From contig JBHJHA010000050.1 in assembly GCA_050331235.1 (NCBI GenBank), positions 1 to 58,808 of the forward strand: DNA of 58,808 nucleotides, given 5' to 3'. The DNA is from Leptolyngbyaceae cyanobacterium. GTDB taxonomy: Bacteria > Cyanobacteriota > Cyanobacteriia > Phormidesmidales > Phormidesmidaceae. The notes beneath the pieces are model-generated. The model was not told the DNA's origin. It did no database searches and saw nothing but the letters and a program-made list of their open reading frames with translations. This document shows positions 1 to 10,763 of this stretch, piece by piece (position 1 is the first letter of the stretch; each line of letters starts with the position of its first letter). A program made the translations under genes and the position numbers.

Positions 1-2
1 GC

Positions 3-308
3 GTCGCCTGTCTCTACCAGGGCGTACTGTTATGAGCCGTGAGGTTGGACGATATATTGGGCTCCTCCTGTCGCTATCGCGTCTCTGGGCGCGGCGGCAG
101 TCTTGAGGTCTTAGAAAAATGGGTCTCAGATTTGCAATTCCACCAGGGACTATGGCACGGATTTTTGAATGGTGAACCTTATGATTTTCTATCGAGCTTA
201 CGGGGAATGGGTGGAACCATCGTTGACTTGAAACTGGCACGTCCCACCCTTGAGGGATTCTTCTAAGAACAGGTTGAACAAAGTCAACAGCAAAGGGGCA
301 AGTCTTAA
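3..308 (+). pseudogene. 3' end of an ABC transporter ATP-binding protein, running off the window start, with in-frame TGA (33-35) and TAA (264-266)
   Basis: Frame 3 reads VACLYQGVLL*AVRLDDILG...DFLSSLRGMGGTIVDLKLARPTLEGFF*EQVEQSQQQRGKS*. This matches the typical ABC ATPase C-terminus (DRVAIL.QG.L...G.LDELLG...R.SLEEFF). The stops may be sequencing errors. Confidence 0.65.
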
Positions 309-649
309 CTTGATCGTTGAAAATACTTACTTATTCACGGCCATTCTGTGTAATAAATGTTTTAACTCATACTGATCGTTTTGCCAGATCGGCGGGGTAT
401 CTTAGCTTTAACGTTGCCTTACAAAGAGTGGCGTTTTGTAAAATAATCGCTAAAATCTTCAGGGTTTTAAGCTTTGCGGTGTGTTGTTAACCCAACGTGC
501 CGTCAACATCATCTACAGGTCTTCTATTACGCGAGTCAGTCAGGTCGTTTTCTGCAGGGTTAGCTACCATTGTGGCTGCCCTTGTATTGACTGCAAATAG
601 CTTTTGTTGTTGATTTCTGTCTCGGACTTGCTAACTGGGGTGAGCCACT

Positions 650-3600
650 ATGCTTCCTAATCGTCGTCATACTCGCAAATCTGGTAAATCACGCCGACCG
701 TTGCGGCGGTTGATGCAGACAGTGTTTCGCTGGCTGCTGTGGATCACAGGGCGGCGATCGCCTCAAGCGGGTTTTGTTTTCCCGACGACGTTGCTGTTGA
801 TCTTGATGGTAGTGCTCACCGCTAGCGCGTTAACGTTCCGTTCTTTTACCCGCAGCACTCAGGTAATCAGTCAGCGCGAGCAGCAGGTTATTTACAACGC
901 GGCCACGCCGGCCATTGACCGAGCTAAAGCCAAGCTGGAGTTTCTATTTCGCGAAGATGACCGACTGATTGGGGTACCTTCCAGTGACTATCTGGCCAAC
1001 ATGATGCTGCCAGATACCGACCGCATTCTGAACACAGCCGGCGATGACTTGCGCCTGTTGACCGGCACCACCGACCCATACACCCTGCCGGATGAACCCC
1101 GCATCGACATTAATGGCGACGGTCGATTAGACAATGCTTGGTCGTTTGATGCTGACGTCAACGCCAACGGTCAGATTGAGTCGGGAGAAACCGCGGTTTA
1201 CTCAATTTTGGTTGACCATCAGGCAGACACGCCTGGTGGCACAGCCGTCGATCTCTTTGCTAAAGCCGATGACGACAAGGCCGATGCCTTAGTGACTCGG
1301 ACTGGCCCCCTAGCTACCACCGAGGCGATCGGTGCTTGCCCCAGTGCGGCAGTGGTTGAGGAAGGCTGGCAAGCAGTCGAAACTAGCACTTCTTCTGATA
1401 TTCAGAAGAATTTCCAGGTAACTGCTTTTGTTGGTAACAACACTGGTGGCCCTAATCAAACCTTTGAGAGTTTAGAGTTTCAGCAGTCGCGCATCGCCTC
1501 GGCCGCCAACAAGTGGGGAGCATGGTTCCGCTACGACCTCGATGTCTTTCCAGGTGCGGCCTTCAAGTGGAATGGGGCTATGCACACAGATGGCAGCCTC
1601 ATCGTCAACGATGCGCTAGTCTCCTACATGCTGACCTCCCACAAATCTTGCCTGTACAACGACACGTCTTCTGAGATTACCCTGGGTGAGATTGAGTACG
1701 ACGACGACAATGACGGCACCCCCGATGTCACTTTCCAGGGACAAGCCATCAAGGGCCGCATGAAGGAAAACGATTACGGCGGCCCTGACGTGGAGTTTCA
1801 CCTCTTTAATGGCGATCGCGTTGTCCCCACGCTGGGTACAGCTCTCACCAACGGCAACGACTCAGTAAACGGGGGTGCGCCGGGCGATGTGGCGATGAAC
1901 CCGATTAAGCTATACCTGCGGGACCGCTCAGAACACGTCGACGACAGCACCTGGAACCGACCGGCGGCTTGGGAGGCTAGTAACTTTGTCGTCACAGGCC
2001 GCATCGTTTATGACCCCACCGCTCGGCCCTATGTTGACGACTTTTATCGGGCTTATAATCGCTGGGGACCTAAGCCGCGCTACGACGCCAACGATGACGA
2101 TTTGAGTCTAGAACAGGGTCCGGGCCCTGGCGATGATAAAAGCGTTGGCGATGCTATTACGACGTTTACCGACGACTTAATCGAAGATGAGAATGGCTTA
2201 GACGGTTACTGGGAACGACAGGCCATCAAAGGGGGATTGCGATTAGTCGTTGGCCAGCGCCTAGAGTTAGGTGATGAAAACGGTTGGGGCTATGACCCTA
2301 GCGGCATCACCACGGGCACCTCTGCGGGGGAAGCACTTTATCCCCCTGCTGCTGCACTCACCGGAGATGGCGATGCGGGTAAAGGTATCCATGAGTATCG
2401 TCAGCAAACCTCCCTGCGGGATAATTTGGCGGCTGTACAGGGTATGGCCGTCTACCACTACGAAGGGCCGGGTTCAATGGCCTCTAATGGTGAATTTCCG
2501 GCGGCTTGCATGGCGTTGACAGCCCATCCTGGCACTGAGCAAACCGTAATTGATAGTCGCACCTTTGAAACCTACCCTAGCGGAGCACTCAAGCTGGATT
2601 TCCTGCATGGAAAAGGTACTAACGGCTGGGAATCGAGTTTTCCAACTGATATGACGAGTGGCTTTGATGATGCTGGCAAATTCGCTACAGCAGTTGGCTC
2701 GACCAATACTCTTGGTAAAGCTCTTCGTAACTGGGCTTATTTTGCCGGTGATCCAGAAGGCGGCGCTCCTTCGTTTGCCCCAGTACAGGAAATCGGTGGG
2801 ACAGTTGTTCATCCCTACCCTGAGATGAACATGTGGGGAGATGTTTCAAAGTTGCGCCGTATTTTTGATAGCGGTACTGCTTACAACGCACTCAGCTTTG
2901 CTGATCAATCAACGCTGCACAGTGCTGCCTGCACGATGAGCTTGCTAGCCTACAATCTGGATAATATTTATGACGAATACGTTGCGATTACTGCAGCCCA
3001 GTGGTTTGAAGACACCACAACGCCAGGAACTCCTCCAGTAGCGTCACCTGACGGTATCAGCGATAGCGGATTGGCCAAGCTATTGTTTGACCGAGTTGGT
3101 GCTGCAACTAATGGGATTGCACCAGCAGATGCTGATGGTACATCCATTGATCAATGGATTGAAGCGATTACAGCGGCTGAGCCTTTGACTGAAGCCGATG
3201 ACGATATTAAGCGACTGCGAATAGCTAATGATTATTGGCAAATCGAGCGAGATCGCCTGTATGGATTTGAATCTGTCCGTGGTCTGCCTGCTGCTGCCAC
3301 TAATTCGTTTTCTACTTTCGGTACTTATGATCCAATAGCTGGCAACTTCACACTTGCAGCTTCTCCAGCTCCGGCACCTTCCGTTTACGCTGCCAGTGCC
3401 ACTTATTCAGTCAAATGTGATCCTAACGAGTTTGCTAGCAAGAGTGCTAATCCTGAGGAAGCGCTGACATTAGCTCTAGCGCTATGTCCTAGCCAGCCTA
3501 ACGCAGCTGACACGAGTACAATTAGGGCCGTCAAGTATCCATCTTTGTACTACCTCTTCCCAACTGTTAATCACGATCATGATGGTCAAGACGAAGGGGC

Positions 3601-5347
3601 CCCTACTAACTACAACCATACTCAGCCTGCAACTGAGCCTTATGTAGCTAGTACCGATATCAGTAATGCAAACGGTGGAAATACCAACTCTGTAGCGGCC
3701 GAAGTTTTCAAAGCCATCACCAACCTTGAGATTGACTCAATGAAGGCAGTTTTAGGGGCGACTAATGCATCGTGGATAATACCGGCTGCGACAAACGCAA
3801 GCGGCTTGACTGACCCAGATGATTCAGCACAAGCCTTTCGGATCCAGGTGCCGGCCGGCTCAGGCATTGATGTGCCCTTTTTGGATAAAGGAGTCTTCAA
3901 TGGTCGAGAGCAGCTCGCTGTTCGGGTGCTTGACATCGATATCGAGGCTATTACTCAAACTAAAACCAGTGGAACTGGTGACTATTGGCTGCCGTCTAAG
4001 CCCGATGACCCGGCCATTGACACTGACTTCGCGACGGAAGGTATCCTTTATGCTGCCCGCGAAGATGCCATGCGCGAAGACTCTATCGTGCGTCCCCAGG
4101 ATGCGAGTAGTCCCACAACGTGTGCTGGTTTAGCCGCTTCGGGGGGAACTTACAACATCGAAACAGTTGCGGCCTGCCGGATGAATGTAGAGCCAGGCAC
4201 TGAGATGCAGGATCCGCCTTTACAAACTTCCAAGGTCAACATCAAACCGGTCGACTTCGCCCCCGACCCCGATCGCCGTCCCCATGGCTTCCGGTTTAGA
4301 ACGAGGACTGGGGCTCCGGCTGACTTTAGTGGTGGCAATCCATCCAGCGGTTGACAAAATGGCACGACCTTTGTCTCCCCTGACTCAGCCTACATTTTGG
4401 GCAACTTCAACCTGCATAGCTCCACGGGTGACACCGATGGTTTCCTAGAGGAGTTTACCTATACCCTCCAGGACAAAGACTTCACCACCAACGACTTTTA
4501 CGACAGCCGTACCGAAAACCTGCTCAATTTAGACTCGTTTTCTGATCTGCAGGTTGACCATTGGCGGCCTGTCGAGATTTTGTCCGATGCGTTGACGGTG
4601 CTATCAGGTGAGTTTCAAGATGGTGCGATCGAGGATGCCTTCCAGGCGGCTAATGCCACTGATTCGTCCTTTGCCTCGTTTAACCGACCGTTAAGCGATG
4701 GCCCCTGGGTCCGAGGAAATGGTGATGTCGCTGACTATAGCAACTCCACTTCGCCCATCTGGGTAGATCGCAACGGCACTTTTTACATGGATGATGGCAC
4801 CGGCACCATCAATGAGTATTTTGACGTTCTAACCGACGCTGCTGACTATCTCGCAATGGGCGAGCGAGATCCGCGCCGAGCTAACATGCCGGCTCCTAGC
4901 ACTAACTACTATGTCAACGCGACTTTTGTTTGTGGTATCGTGCCCGAGCGCCCCAATGAGTCCTATGGCGGTTTGCATAACTATCCTCGATTCCTAGAAA
5001 ACTGGGGGGGGCAAAATGGACAAGCTTTATACATTAGCGGTTCGTTCATTCAGCTCAACTTCTCCACGACAGCGACCGGGCCTTACGACCAAGAGGCCTG
5101 GGAACCTGGGACAACACCCGCAGCGGCAGAGTGGCTCTACCACTATCGACCGCCCAACCGTCGTTGGGGTTTTGATGTGGGTCTGCTCTATAACCCGCCG
5201 GCCCCGGCAGCTCGCCGATTTACTGAGGTAGGGCGCGATCGCAGTGAATACTATCGCGAGGTTGCCGCCGATGACCCCTATGTGGAAAACCTCAAGTGTG
5301 CCACCACCAAGGCCGGTGCCAAGATCTTCCCCAACTACTGTCCTTAA
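650..5347 (+). CDS. hpsA: HpsA-like hormogonium polysaccharide/motility protein (giant PilX-like protein), interrupted by one in-frame TGA at 4352-4354
   Basis: N-terminal pilin-like segment AGFVFPTTLLLILMVVLT followed by NAATPAIDRAKAKLEFLF. Other recognisable blocks are GYWERQA..GGLRLVVGQRLELG, YGGLHNYPRFLENW and YYREVAADDPYV. ORFs 650-4354 and 4397-5347 share a frame and join as SSG*QNGTTFVSPDSAYILGNFNLHS. Confidence 0.8.
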
Positions 5348-5404
5348 TGTCTGCTGTATTCGTATTGCCCAAGTCCTGTATCTGCCCGATAAGGGAAATG
5401 ACCC

Positions 5405-6091
5405 ATGAGCGCTAACTTGACTCCATCCCACTCCCGATCGCCAGCCGCGCGTCCCCTAGTCAAGGCCGCTGGCCACTCGACCGAAGCCGGACTGACGTTG
5501 GTGGAATGCATCATGGCGATCGTGGTGGTGGGCATCACGGGAGCAGCCATTGCCCCAATGATGGTAGCCTCTGTGGCGACTCGGGTGCAGAGTCAGCGGT
5601 CAGAGCAGGCCCTAGAGCTGGCCCAAAGCGAGATTGACCGCGTTAGAGTTCAGTTTGAGCAGCAGAACAATTTTGCTAACTTAACGAACCTGCCCGAAAT
5701 CGTCACGGTTGCCGGCGATCGTGCCCCCAGCGTAGCGGGACCCACTGGCCTGAGTGATACGGCTACCACTTTGCGCGAGGTTGATATTGATCAAGACAGC
5801 GATTTCGACTTTGTGGTGCAAAGTTATTTAGTGCAGAAAGGCAACATTAATCGGGCCTACGAAATGGGCGTTCGGGTCTATCAGCATGATGCCGTCGACG
5901 GTGCCACCGGCGCGCTCGCAACGGATGAAGCTCAGCTGGGCATGAGCAATAGCACTGGCGAGCGACGCGAAAAACCCCTGGCAGCGCTTTACTCTAATTT
6001 GTCGCTGATTGAAAATTCGGAATCTTTGTGTAACCTCATCGATTACACAGACACTAGCGGAACGCCGGTTAAACCGCCGGCTTGCAATTAG
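5405..6091 (+). CDS. Prepilin-type minor pilin/pseudopilin (HpsB-like)
   Basis: Class III signal AG|LTLVECIMAIVVVGI. Lies directly downstream of hpsA. Confidence 0.85.
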   Translation: MSANLTPSHSRSPAARPLVKAAGHSTEAGLTLVECIMAIVVVGITGAAIAPMMVASVATRVQSQRSEQALELAQSEIDRVRVQFEQQNNFANLTNLPEIVTVAGDRAPSVAGPTGLSDTATTLREVDIDQDSDFDFVVQSYLVQKGNINRAYEMGVRVYQHDAVDGATGALATDEAQLGMSNSTGERREKPLAALYSNLSLIENSESLCNLIDYTDTSGTPVKPPACN

Positions 6092-6141
6092 GATGGCTCG
6101 CTGTTTTTTGTCACTGTCAGTCAATCGGTAGGGTCAAGCCC

Positions 6142-7128
6142 ATGTTTACAGTATTCTCAACCAAACTGGTCCGAAGGTTAAAGCCCCATGGTCAGAGCCA
6201 AGGTGGCTTTACCCTGCTTGAGCTACTGGTGGCCATTCTGATCGGTGGCATTATCGTCAGTAGCCTGCTCTTTTTAGTTGTTGAGATGCTGACCGTCAAC
6301 ACTCGGGAAGAAAAGCTCACCCAGACCCAGCAAAGTATGCGGCGGGCGATCGATTACATTACTCGCGATTTAAGCGAGTCAGTCTTTGTTTACAGTGACT
6401 TCACCAGTAGCTACAACCTGATGGCTCAGCTTGATGACGAGCCAGCGGGTGCAACGCCAGTACTGGCCTTTTGGCGGTTAGATCCAATTTCCGACGATAA
6501 TATTGATGATTTAACCACCTACTGCAACAACCAAACAGCTGGCAGTACGGCGAAAGATGAGTGCGAAACTCTGCTGGTGCGGCAAAGCACCTACACATTA
6601 GTCGTTTACTTTTTACAGAACAATGCAGCAGGCGATATTTGGGAAGGCCCTTCGCGGATTATCCGGTATGAGCTACCAGCCTATTCATCCATTGCAACCA
6701 ACGCCTTGACCCCCACTGCTGGATATGCTGATCCAACCGATTTGGTACCAGGGACAACCCCGCCCGAGTTTAATTCTTTTGCGAACTGGCGTAAGGCCGC
6801 CGGGGGGGCTTCTACTAGTGGCAACAGCAATGTTCTGACTGATTTTGTAGGGACGGTGACAACCGCAAATACCACAGCCTGTCCAACCTTGGCGGCGACT
6901 GGTGTTACCTACGCAAGAACTCCGACGGCGTCCGATAGCTTTTATGTCTGCGTAGCTCAGCCGGATGGTGTCAATAGTGAAGACCTGAACAAATCGGTCA
7001 TTGTTTATCTACAGGGTGATGCGCTCAGCGACAGTAATGTGATTGATGGATTTAGTAACTCTAGCAACTTGCCCAAGCTAGAGTCTCAGGTTTTGATCCG
7101 CGGCGTTATCCAAAACGACCCTACTTAG
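6142..7128 (+). CDS. Prepilin-type minor pilin/pseudopilin (HpsC/PilW-like); ATG at 6142 preferred over 6082
   Basis: Class III signal GG|FTLLELLVAILIGGII, followed by MRRAIDYITRDLSESVFVY and PVLAFWR motifs. Confidence 0.85.
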   Translation: MFTVFSTKLVRRLKPHGQSQGGFTLLELLVAILIGGIIVSSLLFLVVEMLTVNTREEKLTQTQQSMRRAIDYITRDLSESVFVYSDFTSSYNLMAQLDDEPAGATPVLAFWRLDPISDDNIDDLTTYCNNQTAGSTAKDECETLLVRQSTYTLVVYFLQNNAAGDIWEGPSRIIRYELPAYSSIATNALTPTAGYADPTDLVPGTTPPEFNSFANWRKAAGGASTSGNSNVLTDFVGTVTTANTTACPTLAATGVTYARTPTASDSFYVCVAQPDGVNSEDLNKSVIVYLQGDALSDSNVIDGFSNSSNLPKLESQVLIRGVIQNDPT

Positions 7129-7173
7129 TCAAGTCACTCAAGTCTCTGGTAAAAGCTACCCTTACTCGTCACT

Positions 7174-7731
7174 ATGATTCCTCCGACCATAGATCAAAAA
7201 CAGCAGTCAAATGCCGGCTTTACACTCATTGAAGTACTCGCGGTTGTCGTCATCGTAGCGATATTGGCGGCGATCGCAGCACCGAGCTGGCTCTCTTATG
7301 TCGCCCGTCAGCGCGTCAGCGCAGTGGAAAATGACCTTGAGCAAGTACTGAAATCGGCTCAACAAGAGGCGATCGCGCAACGGAGTAACGTCACCGTCAC
7401 CATTGATGAAACGGCTGACCTACCGACAATTGACGTAGACGGTTTTGTGGAGACTTTGGGGCCGAGCGGCCTGAGGGCAGGCATGGTAACGCTCGACGCG
7501 ATCTCCCCCACCTCAGGCACGCCTAACATCACAAAGATCTCGTTCAACTATCAAGGGATGGTACGCGACGATCAAGACTTGCCAATTGTCGTAAAAATTA
7601 GCCCGGAGAATACCCCAGACAACAGTTCCCTACGACAGTGCGTGGTGGTGACAACGCTGTTAGGAAACATCAAAACGTTCAAAGACCCTGAGTGCAGCGG
7701 GGATGCTAACTTTTGGAACAATGCACTGTAG
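7174..7731 (+). CDS. Prepilin-type minor pilin (FimT/GspH-like, HpsD-like)
   Basis: AG|FTLIEVLAVVVIVAILAAIAAPSW at the N-terminus and a C-terminal Cys pair (RQCVVVTTLLG...C). Confidence 0.88.
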   Translation: MIPPTIDQKQQSNAGFTLIEVLAVVVIVAILAAIAAPSWLSYVARQRVSAVENDLEQVLKSAQQEAIAQRSNVTVTIDETADLPTIDVDGFVETLGPSGLRAGMVTLDAISPTSGTPNITKISFNYQGMVRDDQDLPIVVKISPENTPDNSSLRQCVVVTTLLGNIKTFKDPECSGDANFWNNAL

Positions 7732-7787
7732 GCAAATCGTGACATGGGTTGGCCAGCGCCCTTTACATTTCAGATAAGACAATAACT

Positions 7788-8633
7788 CTAAGTTGACTCG
7801 GATTTGAGCTGTACTAACCCAAACCGCTGCTTCAACAACCGATCAAGTATCGGAGTCGGTAGCCAGCGTTTAAGCCACGGCAACTGAGAGCTTTTATTGC
7901 CGAGCCACAGTTCTGGAGGGAGAATCGAGCGATCAACTGCTTTGACCAGTTCCCGAGCGAAGCCCTGGGTCGGCGTGGCATTTTGCTGCGACAGCGTTGC
8001 CCGCATTTGCACCTTATCGGCAATGGCGACATACCAGGAGTTCTGGGCAGCCAGTGTAGACTGAGGCAGCTTGGCATTGTGGCCAAAGCCTGAGGCGATC
8101 GCCCCTGGATGTACGGTCACTACTCGAATTCCGAAAGGTGCTAGCTCCATTCTCAAGGCATCAGACATCATGCGGAGAGCCGCTTTAGAACCACAGTAAG
8201 CCCCCGCAAAGGGTGTAACGAAAATACTGGAAACGCTGGCAATATTGAGGATCAGTCCACTGCCCTGACTTTTCATCAAAGGAGCGATCGCCTGAACCAT
8301 GGCTACCGGCGCGACGACGTTGGTAGCAAGCTGATGTGAAATTTCGTCGGGCGTCAGATCCATTAGGGGACCAAACAAGCCATAACCGGCATTGTTCACC
8401 AGAATATCGATCGCGACCTGCTCCCTTTTTAAGGTGGCAGCCAACGACTGAATGGCGTCAGTCTGCGTCACGTCAAGTTGTTGTGTCTGCATCCCAGCCG
8501 CTCTGAGCTCAGCCAGTGACGCTAGCTGACGAGCGGTGGCGATCACCGCATATCCTCGATGATGAAATTCCCAACAGAGCGATCGTCCAATACCCGACGA
8601 GCAACCGGTAATTAAGACCGTTGATGTAGCCAT
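7788..8633 (-). CDS. SDR family NAD(P)-dependent oxidoreductase
   Basis: TGCSSGIG Rossmann motif, NNAG, and YCGSK (YxxxK) catalytic motif. Confidence 0.95.
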   Translation of the reverse strand: MATSTVLITGCSSGIGRSLCWEFHHRGYAVIATARQLASLAELRAAGMQTQQLDVTQTDAIQSLAATLKREQVAIDILVNNAGYGLFGPLMDLTPDEISHQLATNVVAPVAMVQAIAPLMKSQGSGLILNIASVSSIFVTPFAGAYCGSKAALRMMSDALRMELAPFGIRVVTVHPGAIASGFGHNAKLPQSTLAAQNSWYVAIADKVQMRATLSQQNATPTQGFARELVKAVDRSILPPELWLGNKSSQLPWLKRWLPTPILDRLLKQRFGLVQLKSEST

Positions 8634-8769
8634 GTGCCGTTTACTGACGCTTCACTGCCCTATACTGCCGGGTCTTGAGCGATTTGCCAATCTTTACCCG
8701 AAAATCAGCTACGCCTAAGTGGACCGAGGGCGGTAGAGTAAGGAGCACAGTGATCGGTGCTGAGGGGTT

Positions 8770-10341
8770 GTGGTAATGTCTCAATCGGCTAACCGTAGCG
8801 GAGTCGTCGCAGCGGGTCATCCACTAACGGCGGCGGCAGGAGCTGAGATATTGCGCCAGGGGGGAAACGCATTTGACGCGGCGATCGCCGCAGTGATGAC
8901 TGCCTGGGTCACTGAGTCAGTGCTGACCTCAGCCGGGGGCGGGGGCTTTTTGCTGGCCCATACGCAGTCAGGTAAAAACCGGCTGTTTGACTTTTTCACT
9001 CAAACCCCGAAAAATAATCGCCTATCAATTAAGCCAGATTTCTATCCGATTCACGCAAATTTTGGTGACACGGTTCAAGAGTTTCACATTGGCCTCGGCT
9101 CAATTGCCGTCCCCGGAATGGTCGCTGGACTACTGCACGTGCATCAACAATTGGGGCGGCTGCCATTGACCACGATCTCTCAACCCGCAATCAAACAGGC
9201 GCAGCAGGGGGTTACGGTCAGTCCTTTTTTAGCTTATTTATTTGACTTGCTGACCCCAATTTTGACAGCGACCCCAGCTGCGCAGACCCTTTATACAACG
9301 CAAAACGGACGGGTATTGCAGACGGGCGATACATTGCAAATGCCTGAGTTGGCCGACATGTTGCAGTTAATCGCTGAGCAGGGTGCCACGGCCTTCTACC
9401 GAGGGGCGATCGCCCACCAAATTGTGCATGATTGTCAGACCTTGGGTGGGTACCTGACTCTAGAAGACTTTCAGCAGTACCAGGTAATTGAACGAGAACC
9501 GCTCAGTGTGCAGTACCGCGACACGGTACTGCTGACTAATCCGCCCCCGAGTTCAGGAGGAATGCTGATTGCCTTTGCCCTTGAGCTATTAGAAAGCCTC
9601 GACCTATCGCAATTGGCCCACGGCGGTGATGAGCATCTTAGCTGCTTAGCTCAGGTGATGGCGATTACCAACGGCGCGCGCCGGCAAAGGTTGGATCACG
9701 CGATAATGGACGACAGGATCACCCAAAAGTTTTTGTCGTCGGAGTGTCTGTCAACCTATCGTCAGTTGCTGGCTGACCGGATCAACCGTTTGGGCAGCAC
9801 GACACATGTCAGCGTGATTGATGCGGAAGGGAATGCTGCTAGTGTCACCACCTCCAATGGCGAAGGGTCCTCCTACGTGGTGCCTCAAACCGGCATCATG
9901 ATGAACAATATGCTGGGCGAGGAAGATTTGCATCCCCAGGGCTTTCATCAGTGGCAGCCTGACCAACGCATTTCATCGATGATGGCACCAACCATGATCC
10001 TTAGAGAAGGCAAGCCATATATTGTGCTGGGTTCAGGTGGGTCTAATCGCATCCGGACGGCCATATTGCAGGTCATCTCTAACGTCGTCGACTTTCATCT
10101 ACCGTTGGCGGCGGCGATTGAGGCACCCCGGATTCACTGGGAACGAGGCACTTTACAGGGTGAGCCACAGGAGACAGGATCCGTGGAAACGCTTTTACCC
10201 CTACCAGATACAAAGGCAGCCATTGCTTGGGGACAGCCCAATCTCTATTTTGGCGGCGTCCACGCTGTGGGTATAGGTGGATATGGCACTTTCCAGGGAG
10301 CGGGTGATCCGCGTCGTGGTGGGGCTGTGGCGATCGCCTGA
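8770..10341 (+). CDS. ggt: Gamma-glutamyltransferase
   Basis: GGNAFDAAIAA, autoprocessing Thr in GSTTHVSVID, RISSMMAPT, LGSGGSNRI and C-terminal GDPRRGG. Confidence 0.93.
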   Translation: MVMSQSANRSGVVAAGHPLTAAAGAEILRQGGNAFDAAIAAVMTAWVTESVLTSAGGGGFLLAHTQSGKNRLFDFFTQTPKNNRLSIKPDFYPIHANFGDTVQEFHIGLGSIAVPGMVAGLLHVHQQLGRLPLTTISQPAIKQAQQGVTVSPFLAYLFDLLTPILTATPAAQTLYTTQNGRVLQTGDTLQMPELADMLQLIAEQGATAFYRGAIAHQIVHDCQTLGGYLTLEDFQQYQVIEREPLSVQYRDTVLLTNPPPSSGGMLIAFALELLESLDLSQLAHGGDEHLSCLAQVMAITNGARRQRLDHAIMDDRITQKFLSSECLSTYRQLLADRINRLGSTTHVSVIDAEGNAASVTTSNGEGSSYVVPQTGIMMNNMLGEEDLHPQGFHQWQPDQRISSMMAPTMILREGKPYIVLGSGGSNRIRTAILQVISNVVDFHLPLAAAIEAPRIHWERGTLQGEPQETGSVETLLPLPDTKAAIAWGQPNLYFGGVHAVGIGGYGTFQGAGDPRRGGAVAIA

Positions 10342-10763
10342 GGACATTTTTGTTGAGCACCGTAGATGCTGTTCGCGGCGAGGAACCGGCATAGTTCAAG
10401 TTAGCCGATGGCTGCGGGTGATTTCCGCAACATCTACATCTGGGCTTCACAGTCAACGCGGAATTTTCTGATAAGCCACAGCCCTAACTGGGCACGATTT
10501 GGCAGGGCAGTTATCTTGAGGAACTGTATCTTCACTGGTATTGATGCAGACGCTTAAGTCGAAGATTGTGAACCAAGGGTTAGAAACGACTCGGCCACAC
10601 CTTACTTGAGGGCAACGGAGTGGGCTGTGCATCGGTTACTTATGGCGATTGCAATACCTTTGTGACCCTGGTACGTGCCCAATCCACAGGTCAAACAAAC
10701 GATGAACAGCACTCACAAAGGCGTGACATACGATTAGAGTTGATGTCGTAGACGAGTAAATTT

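Noticed and set aside
4352..4354. Selenocysteine or genetic-code reassignment at the hpsA TGA
   Set aside because: There is no redox-motif context or obvious SECIS hairpin. TGA ends many genes normally in this window, and a nearby gene also has a premature TAA.
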